64,000 nt of DNA from an uncultured Chthonomonadaceae bacterium (GTDB lineage: Bacteria; Armatimonadota; Chthonomonadetes; Chthonomonadales; Chthonomonadaceae): contig CAWFQB010000006.1 in NCBI GenBank assembly GCA_963817895.1, positions 288,001 to 352,000 of the forward strand. The letters run 5' to 3'. The translations under genes and the position numbers were made by a program. Positions within the stretch are counted from its first letter, which is position 1; every line of letters starts with the position of its first letter. This document shows, piece after piece, positions 20,622-31,255 of this stretch. Below the pieces are notes generated by a model. The model was not told the DNA's origin. It did not search any database and saw nothing but the letters and a program-made list of their open reading frames with translations.

Positions 20622-21914
20622 ATGACTTTGATAGATGTGCAGGCGGAACGACGGAAATTTTCTTCTTTGTCGCAAACATGGGAGGGGCAGCCCGCCGTTT
20701 TCTTTGACAATCCGGGCGGAACGCAGGTTCCTGACAGCGTAATTGACGCGACCGCGCGCTATTACCGCGAACAAAACGCCAATGTCGGGGGCGCGTTCCC
20801 GACGAGTAAGCGGACGGATGATGTTGTCACGCGGGCGCGGCAGGACATGGCAGACCTGCTCAACGCCGCAAGCCCGCATGAAATCGTGTTCGGCGCGAAC
20901 ATGACCACGCTGACGTTTCATCTGGCGCGTTCGATTGCGGATACCATTCAGGCGGGGGATGAGATTGTCGTCACTAATCTGGATCACGACGCCAATGTCG
21001 CGCCCTGGACGGACTTAAAGGCGCAGGGCGCGGTCGTGAAAATCGTGGATATTGACACCAATGATTGTACGCTTCCACTTGCAAACGTACAAAGCGCCTT
21101 ATCGGAACGGACGAAACTGGTGGCGATTACTCACGCTTCCAATGCGGTCGGCACGGTTCCCGACGTGGCGGCGATTATCCGCATGGCGCATGAAGCGGGC
21201 GCGCTCGTGTTTGTGGATGCGGTTCAGTTCGCGCCGCACGGCCCCATTGATGTGCAGGCGCTGGACTGTGATTTTCTCGCCTGCTCCGCATACAAGTTCT
21301 TCGGCCCGCATGTGGGTATCTTGTACGGCAAATCCGAACATCTGGAACGGCTGACGCCGCATAAGGTGCGCCCCTCCAAAAACGCCATTCCGTACCGTTG
21401 GGAAACGGGTACGCTCAATCACGAAGGATTGGCGGGCGTTTCGGGAGCCGTGCAGTATCTTTCCACCCTGACGCAGACGGCGAATGAAAACGCCGACAAC
21501 GAAGATATGAAGAACATTGCTGTCGGGGAACCGCATCACAAACATCGTCGGCACGAGACACTGGGCAAAGCGATGCAGATGGTGAAGGCGTATGAGGAGA
21601 CGCTTTCCGGCTACCTGTTGGAACGCCTGAAAACGCTGGACGACATCACGCTGTACGGCATTGCGGACCCGAACCGGCTTGCGGAGCGCGTGCCGACATT
21701 CGCCTTTACCTGGCCGCGCCTGTCGCCACGATCTACCGTAGAGCATCTGGCGCGGCACGGAATAGCCGCCTGGTCGGGCAACTACTATGCCCTGCGCCTG
21801 ATGGAAAAATTGGGGCTGGAAGCGGAGGGCGGCGCGGTTCGCATCGGTTTGGCGCACTACAACACAACCGAAGAGATTGACCGCTTGATTGTCGCGCTGC
21901 ATGAAGTTTCGTAG
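20622..21914 (+). CDS. Cysteine desulfurase-like class V aminotransferase
   Basis: FDNPGGTQVP, LDHDANVAPW, VDAVQFAPH, CSAYKFFGPH, RIGLAHYNT. Confidence 0.92.
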   Translation: MTLIDVQAERRKFSSLSQTWEGQPAVFFDNPGGTQVPDSVIDATARYYREQNANVGGAFPTSKRTDDVVTRARQDMADLLNAASPHEIVFGANMTTLTFHLARSIADTIQAGDEIVVTNLDHDANVAPWTDLKAQGAVVKIVDIDTNDCTLPLANVQSALSERTKLVAITHASNAVGTVPDVAAIIRMAHEAGALVFVDAVQFAPHGPIDVQALDCDFLACSAYKFFGPHVGILYGKSEHLERLTPHKVRPSKNAIPYRWETGTLNHEGLAGVSGAVQYLSTLTQTANENADNEDMKNIAVGEPHHKHRRHETLGKAMQMVKAYEETLSGYLLERLKTLDDITLYGIADPNRLAERVPTFAFTWPRLSPRSTVEHLARHGIAAWSGNYYALRLMEKLGLEAEGGAVRIGLAHYNTTEEIDRLIVALHEVS

Positions 21915-21944
21915 CGTATCGTGAACAGGCGTAAAGGACACAAT

Positions 21945-22393
21945 ATGAAGGTGAACGGCAATAAACCGACGCGCATCGTCACAAATGGCGAATTTGTGCG
22001 AGAACACAGCAAACGCGCGGGCCTGCGCGGATGGGGATTATTGTTGTTTACATTGGGTTCTCTTTTGTGGTGTTTGCTATACTTGTGATAATCGCGGCGG
22101 TCATGGACGAACACCGCGTTATATACGAAGCATTCCTGGGCATTTGCTTTAACGCCACGATGGCGTATCTTTTGTTTCGACAGAGCAATGTTAATATGCG
22201 ACAGGCGGAACAGATTTAGCCTGGCATTCCCCTTTCGCGCGTGAACACCGCGCATTTGCCGGCTGTGGGCAGCCTGGTACGCGCTTCGCAGGAAACTGCG
22301 GATGTGCAGAAGACTGTACTTCTGCGTGGGGCAATGGAAGAGCAGAATACGCCTAAAGAACAGCTTGTCAGGCCGTCAGGAATACAGGAGTGA
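21945..22393 (+). pseudogene. Disrupted small membrane protein (frameshift plus in-frame TAG at 22217)
   Basis: RBS plus ATG at 21945, two hydrophobic segments; frame continues past the stop to LVRASQE...LLRGA...TPKEQLVRP...*. Confidence 0.5.
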
Positions 22394-22516
22394 CTTATGA
22401 ATGGCTGGCTTTGGCTTATCGTTGACCTTGCCATAACGCTGCTGTTAAGCGAATTGTACAACTGGTTTTTCAAAGATTAATTTTCGGGTGAAGTACGCCG
22501 GAGAATTGGGGCTGAA

Positions 22517-24463
22517 ATGAGATTTGCGATTCTTATGATCTGTATGCTGTTAGCGCTGGCGGGGAACGCGCGGGCGGCGGAACAGAAAATTGTGCTAACG
22601 CCCGAAATGGTTATCAATGAGACGGGGCTTGGCGACGCGGCTTTGCTGGTGGATGAGCAGGCGCAAGTGGGCGACCCGGCGAACGGCAAGGGGCAGGCTC
22701 CGGGCAAGCCGTTCTTTCCGGGTTGGACGGCCTGGTACTATCCCGCGCATGTTGTGATTGATCTTGGCGTAAAGCATCATGTTACGCGCGTGTTTCTGTA
22801 CAACGAAACGGGACAGAACGAACTTGTAATTTCATCGGGAACCCCCGTCGCGTGGAAACCGCAGAATGTTACCCTTGACGGCTATCGCAATTGGAAGCCG
22901 TTCATGATAGGAGCGGATACGCGCTATTTGCGGATTACGCTGCTGCGTCCCACGTCCCTGCCAGAAATCGTTGTTTATGGCGAACGGCTGCCGGGGCAGA
23001 ATACAGTCGCCTCGCCGTTGCCGCGCAGTGTTCGGACGGCCCCGCTCATGGAAAAGTTTATCGGCGCGAATGTGTTTATTGACGATCCGTTAGACAAAAT
23101 CGCCACGCCTATCGGATTTGCGCGGGAGTACCATTCGTGGGGCTGGGATGTGGAAAACGCCGACCATCTCACGCGCTTTCAGCCGAGCGCGGCGGCAGGG
23201 GGCAATTCGTGGTTTTTTGATGATTATTACGCGAAACTGAGGGCGCGAAGCGTGGATGTATGCCCCGCGATGCAGGGATTGGCGACGGCCTTTTATCCCG
23301 GCGCGGACGTGGACCACAAGCCCGTAGACAAGGGCAAGAATACTGAAGACCCTGCCTCGTATACCCGTCATGCCGCGCATATGTTTCAGATGGCGGCTCG
23401 TTACGGCCATCACGCCGTTGGGGATAATAAACTCACGCTCGCGCCCGGTCAACCCCGCAAAAGCGGGCTGGGCGCATTGGATTACCTTGAAAACTGGAAC
23501 GAGCCGGACAAAACGTGGCGGGGACGAGAGGGACTGTTCACGCCGTATGAACTGGCGGCGATGTCGAGCGCGGACTACGACGGCGATCAGGGCAGGATGG
23601 GCGCGAATGTGGGCGTTAAGCAGGCCGACCCGAAGATGCAGCTTGTGTTGGGCGGACTGGCGGGTTTGAATCTCGACTATATACGCGCCATGAAATTGTG
23701 GGCCGACACGCGCAGGGGCGGCAGTTTCCCCGCCGACGCGCTGAATTTGCACCACTATTCCAGTACGGGAAATGAGCAGGGATTTCAGCCCAATGGAAGC
23801 GGCATCAGCCCGGAAGCCGATCATCTCAAAGAGAAGATGGCGCAAATCGCTGCCTGGCGTGACCGCAACTTGCCGGATAAGCAGTTATGGGTGACGGAAT
23901 TCGGTTATGACACCAACCCGAAATCTCCTCTTCACGCTCCCGCTATTGGAACCCTCTCCGCCGAGCAGGTGCAGGGCGCGTGGCTGATTCGCAGTTATCT
24001 CGCGCTTGCGGCGGCAGGCGTAGATCGAGCGGCAATGTTCATGCTGCGGGATGTGAAGTCGGATGGGGGCGGCGTGTTCGAGACGTGCGGGCTGGTGACG
24101 GAAAAGGGCAAATGGGAGCCGAAGCCCTCGTGGTACTATATTGCGACATTAAAGCATCATCTGACGGGGATGCGTTATACGGGCGAAGTGGCTTCAGGCA
24201 GGCCGGATGTGCTGATTTACCGGTTTCAGGGCGCGAAAAAAGGAACAAGCGTATGCGCCGTCTGGTGTCCGACCAGTGAAGACAAGCATGTGGCAAACTA
24301 TCGTTTCCCGCAAAAGGTTGACAATGCAACACAAGTCACGCTCATCAACGGCAAAACGGAAGGAAGCAGCCAACCCGTGCAGAGCGCGAACGGCGCACTA
24401 TCCCTTACCGTCAGCGAAACGCCGATCTTGCTGCGCGTCACGGAAGCCAGGCGCGGTTTGTAG
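22517..24463 (+). CDS. Secreted clan GH-A glycoside hydrolase with an N-terminal discoidin-like domain
   Basis: Signal peptide; VIDLG...TRYLRI; ENWNEPD (acid/base) and WVTEFGY (nucleophile). Confidence 0.85.
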   Translation: MRFAILMICMLLALAGNARAAEQKIVLTPEMVINETGLGDAALLVDEQAQVGDPANGKGQAPGKPFFPGWTAWYYPAHVVIDLGVKHHVTRVFLYNETGQNELVISSGTPVAWKPQNVTLDGYRNWKPFMIGADTRYLRITLLRPTSLPEIVVYGERLPGQNTVASPLPRSVRTAPLMEKFIGANVFIDDPLDKIATPIGFAREYHSWGWDVENADHLTRFQPSAAAGGNSWFFDDYYAKLRARSVDVCPAMQGLATAFYPGADVDHKPVDKGKNTEDPASYTRHAAHMFQMAARYGHHAVGDNKLTLAPGQPRKSGLGALDYLENWNEPDKTWRGREGLFTPYELAAMSSADYDGDQGRMGANVGVKQADPKMQLVLGGLAGLNLDYIRAMKLWADTRRGGSFPADALNLHHYSSTGNEQGFQPNGSGISPEADHLKEKMAQIAAWRDRNLPDKQLWVTEFGYDTNPKSPLHAPAIGTLSAEQVQGAWLIRSYLALAAAGVDRAAMFMLRDVKSDGGGVFETCGLVTEKGKWEPKPSWYYIATLKHHLTGMRYTGEVASGRPDVLIYRFQGAKKGTSVCAVWCPTSEDKHVANYRFPQKVDNATQVTLINGKTEGSSQPVQSANGALSLTVSETPILLRVTEARRGL

Positions 24464-24651
24464 GGACACAACTTGCCAGGGGTTGAAAACCTCTGTCTAC
24501 ATGGCCTACGGCCAAGCGTCCTTCGGATGCGAATTTATCTTTAACAAGGTTTTGCGTCCGAAGGACGCTTGGCCGTAGGCCACTCAGACGGGTACGTTCT
24601 CTGTACCCGGCCTATTGGGACGCCACTCAGACGGGTTAGGCAATACCCGGC
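24460..24651. repeat. Composite repeat: REP fragment plus inverted MITE-internal modules
   Basis: GTAGGGACACAAC; inverted repeat TGGCCTACGGCCAAGCGTCCTTCGGA/TCCGAAGGACGCTTGGCCGTAGGCCA; reverse copy of the 53549 MITE left half. Confidence 0.8.
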
Positions 24652-24709
24652 AACAATGTGTCCGGTAGTGAAGGTTTTATTTATACCAATATTAAGGGAG
24701 TTGCTGCTG

Positions 24710-27700
24710 TCAGGGCAGGCGTTCTAATGGGATGCCGCCCTGCGCGGGGTATTTGCCGCGCCAGCGGGGTGTGCCATCGGGCAGAGGAATGGTTTGAAAA
24801 CCGTCGGGCAGGCGAAGCGATTTCAGGCCGCTGCCCTGAAGCGTCACCTGCTTATCAATAAGAATCGAATAATATGTCAATGCTTGCTTCCGGCGTTGGT
24901 TGCGCATCTCCTGCCGACCTTGCTGCCGGTACATGAAGGTTCATTACGCCGACTGCGCCGGACAGGGGCGCAAGCAGGGAAAAACCGTCGCCGATTATGC
25001 CGTTGTGCCATAACGCGCCATCCAGTACTTGTGCCGCGCCGAATACCGAGGGCATTACGCCGGTCGGGACGGGCGGAAAATTTTGGAGGTAGTTTTCCGA
25101 GAACTCTCCGGCAAGAGTGGTATCGCGCAGGGCGGCTTCAGCCATCAGCGCGGCCTCGTCCGGTGTGCCGTACTGCCAGATACCGCGCTGCGTAAAGTTG
25201 TACTTGGGAAACCCGGCCAACTGCCCGATGAGAAACGGCGTATCGCGATTTACGGACGCGCGGAACAGGCGCAAAAACGTGTCGCGTTCGCCAACGGTCA
25301 GCAGGGCAGGCGGCAGAACCAGTCCCTGCAAGTTCCACGAGCGATCCGGCTCCTCGCGCTTGCCGGTAGATGAACGAAACAGGCGGTACGTATGTTCGCT
25401 GACCGCGTCGTTGCGTGTCCAAAACCATGCGTGGTAATTGGAAGCAAGCGCGTTGAGTTGCGTTTGCCAGAAGGCGGCTTCATCGGGCAGGTTCAGCGCG
25501 TTCGTGATACGTTGCGCATACTGCATGTCCATCAGGGCGTGAACCACGAATTCGGAATCTTTTTCATCCGGGGGCGTCGCGCCTTTGTACAGCCAGCGGG
25601 GATTGGTGGCTTTCCACAGGAGCAGGCGCTTCAGGGCGGGGTAGATTTTGCGCCAGCCGCGCTTTGTCGCCCGTTTCCGAATAAAGAACCCAGGCGGTTT
25701 GGGCATGGCGCGACGGCAGGCCCTCTCCTCCCAACGAACCATCCGACGCGACGAAAGACAGCAATCCCTCATACGCTTGCCAGGCTGTTTCGGGCGCGAC
25801 GCGGGCCATGAACTGCATGGCAATAAAACTTTCCCACTGCGAAGAGGGGCGGGCATGAACCGCGCCCTCGTCCCACAAAGAGGCTTTGCCGCACGGCATC
25901 TGCGGGTACGCGAACCCATTTTCCGGTTGCGGGGGCAGGATATTGGCGAACAGGAAAACCCACGCCCTGTAGTACGTTCGACGTATCGCTTCAGCCGTCG
26001 CGCCCCGCGCGTCCAGCGTATGCAGGGTAAAGTCAAGCGGGTGGGGTACGCGGTTCAGGCGTTGGTTCCACGCTGTGGCCTGCGCGTCCAGGGCGGAAGT
26101 AACCCCCTGCGGCGTTGTAAATGGCGATACAGATGTCATCAATTCCGCGATTTGCGCGGGCGCGTTTTCAGATGTGGGCGCGAACCGCGCCGCAACAATG
26201 ATGTCATCACCCGTTTGCGCGTTATCAAATGTCAGCGCCCACGAACCATTTGCGGGTACGGTCGGCAAGCCGTTCCGCCCCACCAGACGCTCAATTTCGG
26301 ACGCGAATCTGCCAAGCCAACGCGCTACGCGGCTAACAGCAATTACGGCGCGATAGCCTTCCCCCTCCACAATCAACATTCGGCGCGTGTCGTCCCACCG
26401 CGCCGTTCCCGCCCCTATTTGCCCGGATAAAACCAATGATTGCGCGTTGGCCCGACGAACATGCAGTTTCTGAACGACCGTCTGCGCATCGGCAAGCCCA
26501 ACAACACTCTCTACCTGCATATCGCCATCGGCTGTACGCGCCTGCGTCGTAATTTGGTGTGGGAACCAGAGGGTTTCCTGTGGCGTCAGGGCGGGAATGG
26601 TATCGCGGGTTCCGGCAAAGCGCAGGCCGCTCACGGTGACGGAACTGTTGTTGATGCCGATAGCAAAGAGAATGAGTTTGAACGCGCGCTTCCCGCGCCA
26701 GCCGGTAAGCGTACGTAGATCGTAGCAGAAGTTGCCCGTCTGCGATGTATCGGCCTGAATGTAGGTGTCTGCGGCCTGCTGTCCCGAATTCACTTTCAGC
26801 GCCCATTGTCCTGCGCAGCGTGGAACCTGTACCAGCAGAAAGGGTGTTTTATCCAGGTCTACGGTCGTGTCTGTTGTCAGCGACCCGAAAGAACCACTCA
26901 GGACTGAAAACCGCATTTGTCCGTTCACGAATCGCGCTGCCGCCCGCTCTGCTGTCCAGCGCGTTGACGCGGCGGGCGTAAAGTCGGCGGCAGGGCCGCT
27001 TGTAACCGAAACGGGCGGCGCGTTCTGCGCGTTTGTTTGCCATGCCCAGAAGCGCGGCAGGCGAACAGGCGTTTCCCCGACATAATAAGCAATATTGAGA
27101 GGAAGCGAGGGGGCGAGAGCAGGCGGTACGGCAGGCGCGGACGACATCGTAGGATTGATAACAAGGCGGCTGTCGGGCAGACTGAGCCAGCGTGGAGTCG
27201 TAATACGCTCCCGAAGCGTGTCGCAGGTGACAATCTGCGCCTCGAAGCCGGTTGTGGGTACGAATTGCTGCGAACGTCCAAACACGGCCTGCATGCCCTG
27301 TACGCCGACTGCAGGCCAGCCGACATGAAGCAGAGCAGGGTCTTCCAGAGAATACGCGATGTGCCACACCGCCGCCCCAGTGGAGTTAAATACGTCGGCG
27401 GAAATGCGATTTTGCGCAAGCGTGACGCGCAGGCGGTACTCGGTATTCCACTTCCAATCGAGCGGCTGCCCGGAATGTTCGAGAACATGCAGGGTTTGCT
27501 CGCCGACGCCCTGCCCATCCCGTAACAGCGTGAGTTCCGCATAGCGATGGGCATTGTCGGGGCTTTCCACGAGCGCAAGTCGCCAGTAGTTTGCCAGATC
27601 GCGGTACAGGCACAGCCCGCCCGCGCTCCAGCTTGCGCCAATACATTTTGTCGGCGTGAGCGTGGTTTCCAGTGTTTGCAGTTGGGCGAACCGCGCATCT

Positions 27701-27915
27701 TCTGCAACGGCAAACCCGCGCGCGGTTTCCGACACTTCGCCAATCAGGTTATCCTGCGCTCCTTCAGGTTTGACGCGCCAGATTCCGCCCGCCGAACGCC
27801 ACTGCTTCAGAACAGGATGAAAGTCAAGCACCGGAATGGCTTTCTCCTGCGCCCCTGCCGCCAGAGACATGCCTCCCATCCAGAGCATCAGACAAGCGTA
27901 TAGATATACGCGCAC
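24710..27915 (-). CDS. Large secreted carbohydrate-active protein, probable (alpha/alpha)6 GH63/trehalase-like C-domain (frameshifts)
   Basis: GGAGG RBS plus GTG, signal peptide, N-terminal beta-sandwich domains; ORFs 25564..27948, 24855..26036 and 24710..24934 join; QWESF and GEFSENY motifs. Confidence 0.55.
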
Positions 27916-27957
27916 ATTCAGCCTCCCTTTCCACATCAGCGTGAACACTATCCGCGT

Positions 27958-28765
27958 TTATTCGCGTTCATTCGCGGCTAAAAACCGCAGGGGGTGAAGA
28001 GCGGAAACCAGGCCGTGTTCAAAGCATTTCTGCTGATAGGTTCTCAGTCCCTCCATCTGATCGGGAGTCAGGTCGTAGTTCATGACGTGGATGAGGTAGT
28101 CAAGGCAGCGGTCGAGCGGCAGGTTCATGCGATCCGCCCATTTCGCGGCCAGTTCTTCCAGACGGGCTAATCCCCATATTTTCGCAGTGGTAAGAACGCC
28201 GCGTCATCTCTTTGGAAGCGCGATCCTCGCGGGCAAGCCAGCAGGCGTACACAAACGGCAGGCCGGTCAGGTCATGCCAGCCCTGTCCGAGATCGTAAAC
28301 GACGGTTCCCGGCATCAAATCGAACAGTTTCAAATCCCCGATAATCAGTCCCGCGTCGTATTCCGAAAGCATGGCTTCCAAATCCGGCGCATGATGAACG
28401 TACCGGGGCGACAGGCCGAACGACTCGCTTAGTAGAATTTGCAGCAGGGCGTTGGAGGTCAGGCTGCTGGTATCCAGCGCGACGGTTTGAATTTGCGCAA
28501 GGGGTACGCGGGAAAACAGCCGGACGCTTTTCACGGCGCTATAGGCGGAAATGCTGATGCCGGGAATAATGACCAATTCGGGGTTTTGCAACGCCTCAAA
28601 AATGCTGACATTCGCCACATCCAGTTCGTCCGCTCGCAACTGTTCCGCAAGGCGGGAGGGGACAGCATAGGTGAGCGCGGCATTGGAGTCACATTCGGGA
28701 CTGTGAAACCAGTCTACCTGCGGCTTTGCATTCAAATAAGGCACACTGCCGATTCGCATCATCAC
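27958..28765 (-). CDS. mqnA: Chorismate dehydratase, futalosine pathway (frameshift near 28200)
   Basis: IGSVPYLN, VPSRLA, VKSVRLFS, SLTSNALL, LIIGD, DLGQGWHDLTGLPFVYA. Confidence 0.9.
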
Positions 28766-29643
28766 CGCCCATTATGGAACAAAACATCCAACAGCACAAA
28801 TACAAACAGACTGACGCTGACCCAGCCGTTCAGGGTGAAAAAGGCCAGATTGATACGGGAAAGATCGTTGGGTTTGACAAGGCTTTGTTCCCATGCGATA
28901 AGAGCGGCGGCGATCCCGATGCCGATGAAAGCAAGCAGATGCAGGCCGGAAAGAACGGCAACCACAATCAGCAGGCTGATGGCGGCAAGGTGCATCAGGC
29001 GCGAGACTAGCAGGGCATTGGCTTTGCCTAACCGCTTGGGAAGCGAAAACAGGGAAGAGTTGCAGTCGTAATCGTAATCCTGAAGCGCGTAAATGATGTC
29101 GAAGCCGCCAATCCACAGCATCACGGTTGCGCCGAGCAGAAGCGGAACCGTGTCGAGCCGTCCCATGACGGCAATCCACGCGCCGATAGGGGCAATGCCG
29201 ATGGCGAAGCCGAGAAACAGGTGACACAGACTGGTAAAGCGTTTGGTGTAGGAGTAGCCAAGCACGGCGAAAAGGGCAATCGGTGACAGCAGCAGGCAAA
29301 GCGGATTCAGTTTCCACGCGGCGAATTCAAAAAGGCCGATGCTGATAGCCAGAAACGCCCACACCTGCCCGGGTGACAGGAGGCCGGCGGGAATATGGCG
29401 CGTAGCGGTGCGCGGATTGGCGCGGTCAATCTCTGCATCGGCAAGACGATTGAAGGCCATCGCCGCGCTCCGCGCCCCGACCATAGCCACAATAATCCAC
29501 AGCAGCGTACCGGCCTGCAAGCCGTTCAGGGCATGTCGCGCCGCCAGCAAAGCCGCAATCAGCGCGAACGGCATGGCGAATATCGTATGCTCGAACTTCA
29601 CCATGTCCAGAACCATGCGGGTTTTTTTCCAGACGCCGACCAT
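28762..29643 (-). CDS. mqnP: UbiA-family prenyltransferase (MqnP-like)
   Basis: KFEHTIFAMPFA, ARSAAMAFNRLAD..ID..NPRT, YSYTKRFT, GFDIIYALQD. Confidence 0.9.
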   Translation of the reverse strand: MVGVWKKTRMVLDMVKFEHTIFAMPFALIAALLAARHALNGLQAGTLLWIIVAMVGARSAAMAFNRLADAEIDRANPRTATRHIPAGLLSPGQVWAFLAISIGLFEFAAWKLNPLCLLLSPIALFAVLGYSYTKRFTSLCHLFLGFAIGIAPIGAWIAVMGRLDTVPLLLGATVMLWIGGFDIIYALQDYDYDCNSSLFSLPKRLGKANALLVSRLMHLAAISLLIVVAVLSGLHLLAFIGIGIAAALIAWEQSLVKPNDLSRINLAFFTLNGWVSVSLFVFVLLDVLFHNGR

Positions 29644-30269
29644 TACCGCTCCTCATCATATTGCCATTGTGGAGTAAGCTGTTGTTCGATGCCCAACTGC
29701 TGCAAGATGCGAGCCACGAGAAAATCTACAAGGTCGTCAATGGTTTGCGGCTTGTGGTAGAAACCGGGCGCGGCGGGCAGAATGGTGGCTCCGGCTTCGG
29801 CAAGCTGCGTCATGTTGCGCAAATGCACCAGGTTCCAGGGCGTTTCGCGCGGAACCAGAATCAGCGGGCGGCGTTCCTTCAGGCACACATCAGCAGAACG
29901 GGTAATCAGGTCGTCGCTGATGCCGTGCGCGATACGGGCGGCGGTTCCCATCGAACACGGCACAATCACCATGCCATCATGCCGAAACGACCCGCTGGCG
30001 GGCGGCGAAAAGTAGTCTTTCTTATTCACAATCCGAATCACGTCACTGTCAAAGCCGAGCAAGGATTTCGCCGTTACGCTTTGCGCCGTAATGCCGCGTC
30101 CCGTTTCCACGCCGATCACCTGATACGCCTGATCCGAAAGCGCGACATAAATTTCCGAATAGTGACGAACGGCTTCCTGCAAAAAGCGCAGCGCATACGG
30201 CGCTCCACTCGCCCCCGTAATGGCAACCACCAATCTTCCGGTACTCGCTCTATTTGTCGCAACAGGCAT
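29643..30269 (-). CDS. ubiX: Flavin prenyltransferase
   Basis: AITGASG, ASGSF, PCSMGT, RSADVCLKERRPLILVPRETP, PGFYHKP. Confidence 0.96.
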   Translation of the reverse strand: MPVATNRASTGRLVVAITGASGAPYALRFLQEAVRHYSEIYVALSDQAYQVIGVETGRGITAQSVTAKSLLGFDSDVIRIVNKKDYFSPPASGSFRHDGMVIVPCSMGTAARIAHGISDDLITRSADVCLKERRPLILVPRETPWNLVHLRNMTQLAEAGATILPAAPGFYHKPQTIDDLVDFLVARILQQLGIEQQLTPQWQYDEER

Positions 30270-30293
30270 AAAGTTAAAACCAATCACCAACCA

Positions 30294-30992
30294 CTAACCA
30301 CCAGCCACCAAGTTCGTCGCTGTCCAGAAGCGGGCGCAGGGCGGGCAGCAGCAGAAGTAGGGGCCGCGCGTTCGCGTGGGCAGGGTTTGCGCCTGACAGC
30401 CTAAGAACTGTCGAACCACGCGCATACCGTTGGGCTGCATCATCAGGGCTTCCAGCCCTTCGCGCAATAAAATGGTATCGTGCGGTTGCAGGTTGCGCTC
30501 ACAGTCCTGCCGCGTAAACAGGGCGCGGCTTAATATGATACCTGCCGGGTCGCGGCGTATCGGGTCGAGAGCGCGAACGGCTCCCGCGTACATCGCCATA
30601 TAGGTGTGCGGGTGCGGATAGTGGCGACCGGGCAACTGCGCCGTGCATTGAATTTTCATTGCGGCGAACAGGGTATAGTTCGGTTGCATATATGCGCAGG
30701 CTTCTTCGTACACTTCGCGGGCAAGGGCTTCGTCTCGCGTCTCCCCGGCTTCCAGACGCCCGCCCGGAAAGCCGAAGATGCCTTTGCGGTCACACACGAC
30801 AAGAACCCGCCCACCGTGAAAGGCGACGATATGCACAGATGTTGTCGGCGCGTCGTCCGGCAACTCGGCGCAACGAAAGGCCGTCAGGCGGACAGGTTGC
30901 GCGCCCCAGTGCATGGCGACATCGAACAATAGATTGCCGCAAATGTCGAAAAATGCGGTATGCGGTTGTTGCGTTGGATCATCCTCTCCCAC
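30294..30992 (-). CDS. NUDIX hydrolase
   Basis: Nudix box PGGRLEAGETRDEALAREVYEEA. Confidence 0.88.
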   Translation of the reverse strand: MGEDDPTQQPHTAFFDICGNLLFDVAMHWGAQPVRLTAFRCAELPDDAPTTSVHIVAFHGGRVLVVCDRKGIFGFPGGRLEAGETRDEALAREVYEEACAYMQPNYTLFAAMKIQCTAQLPGRHYPHPHTYMAMYAGAVRALDPIRRDPAGIILSRALFTRQDCERNLQPHDTILLREGLEALMMQPNGMRVVRQFLGCQAQTLPTRTRGPYFCCCPPCARFWTATNLVAGG

Positions 30993-31114
30993 GATGTTGC
31001 TCCAGACTACGCGAGGATCGTATACTGTTTAGATAGGTTCTCTTCTATTGTACCAAACAAAACTCCATCCGGCAAACGGTCGCTACATCGCGCAATTCTG
31101 CCGCAAACATGTAG

Positions 31115-31255
31115 AACTATTCACCACCAAGTCACCAGGAACACCAAGTAAAGAATAACAGGAAAGATAGCCGCAAATCTACAATGCAAAAACACAAACT
31201 CCGCATCTGACAATTTCTCTTCTTGGTGTTCCTGGCGTCTTGGTGGTGAATAGTT
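31115..31255. repeat. 34 bp inverted repeat (2 mismatches) of CACCAAG-containing nonamers
   Basis: AACTATTCACCACCAAGTCACCAGGAACACCAAG at 31115-31148 versus 31222-31255. Confidence 0.88.
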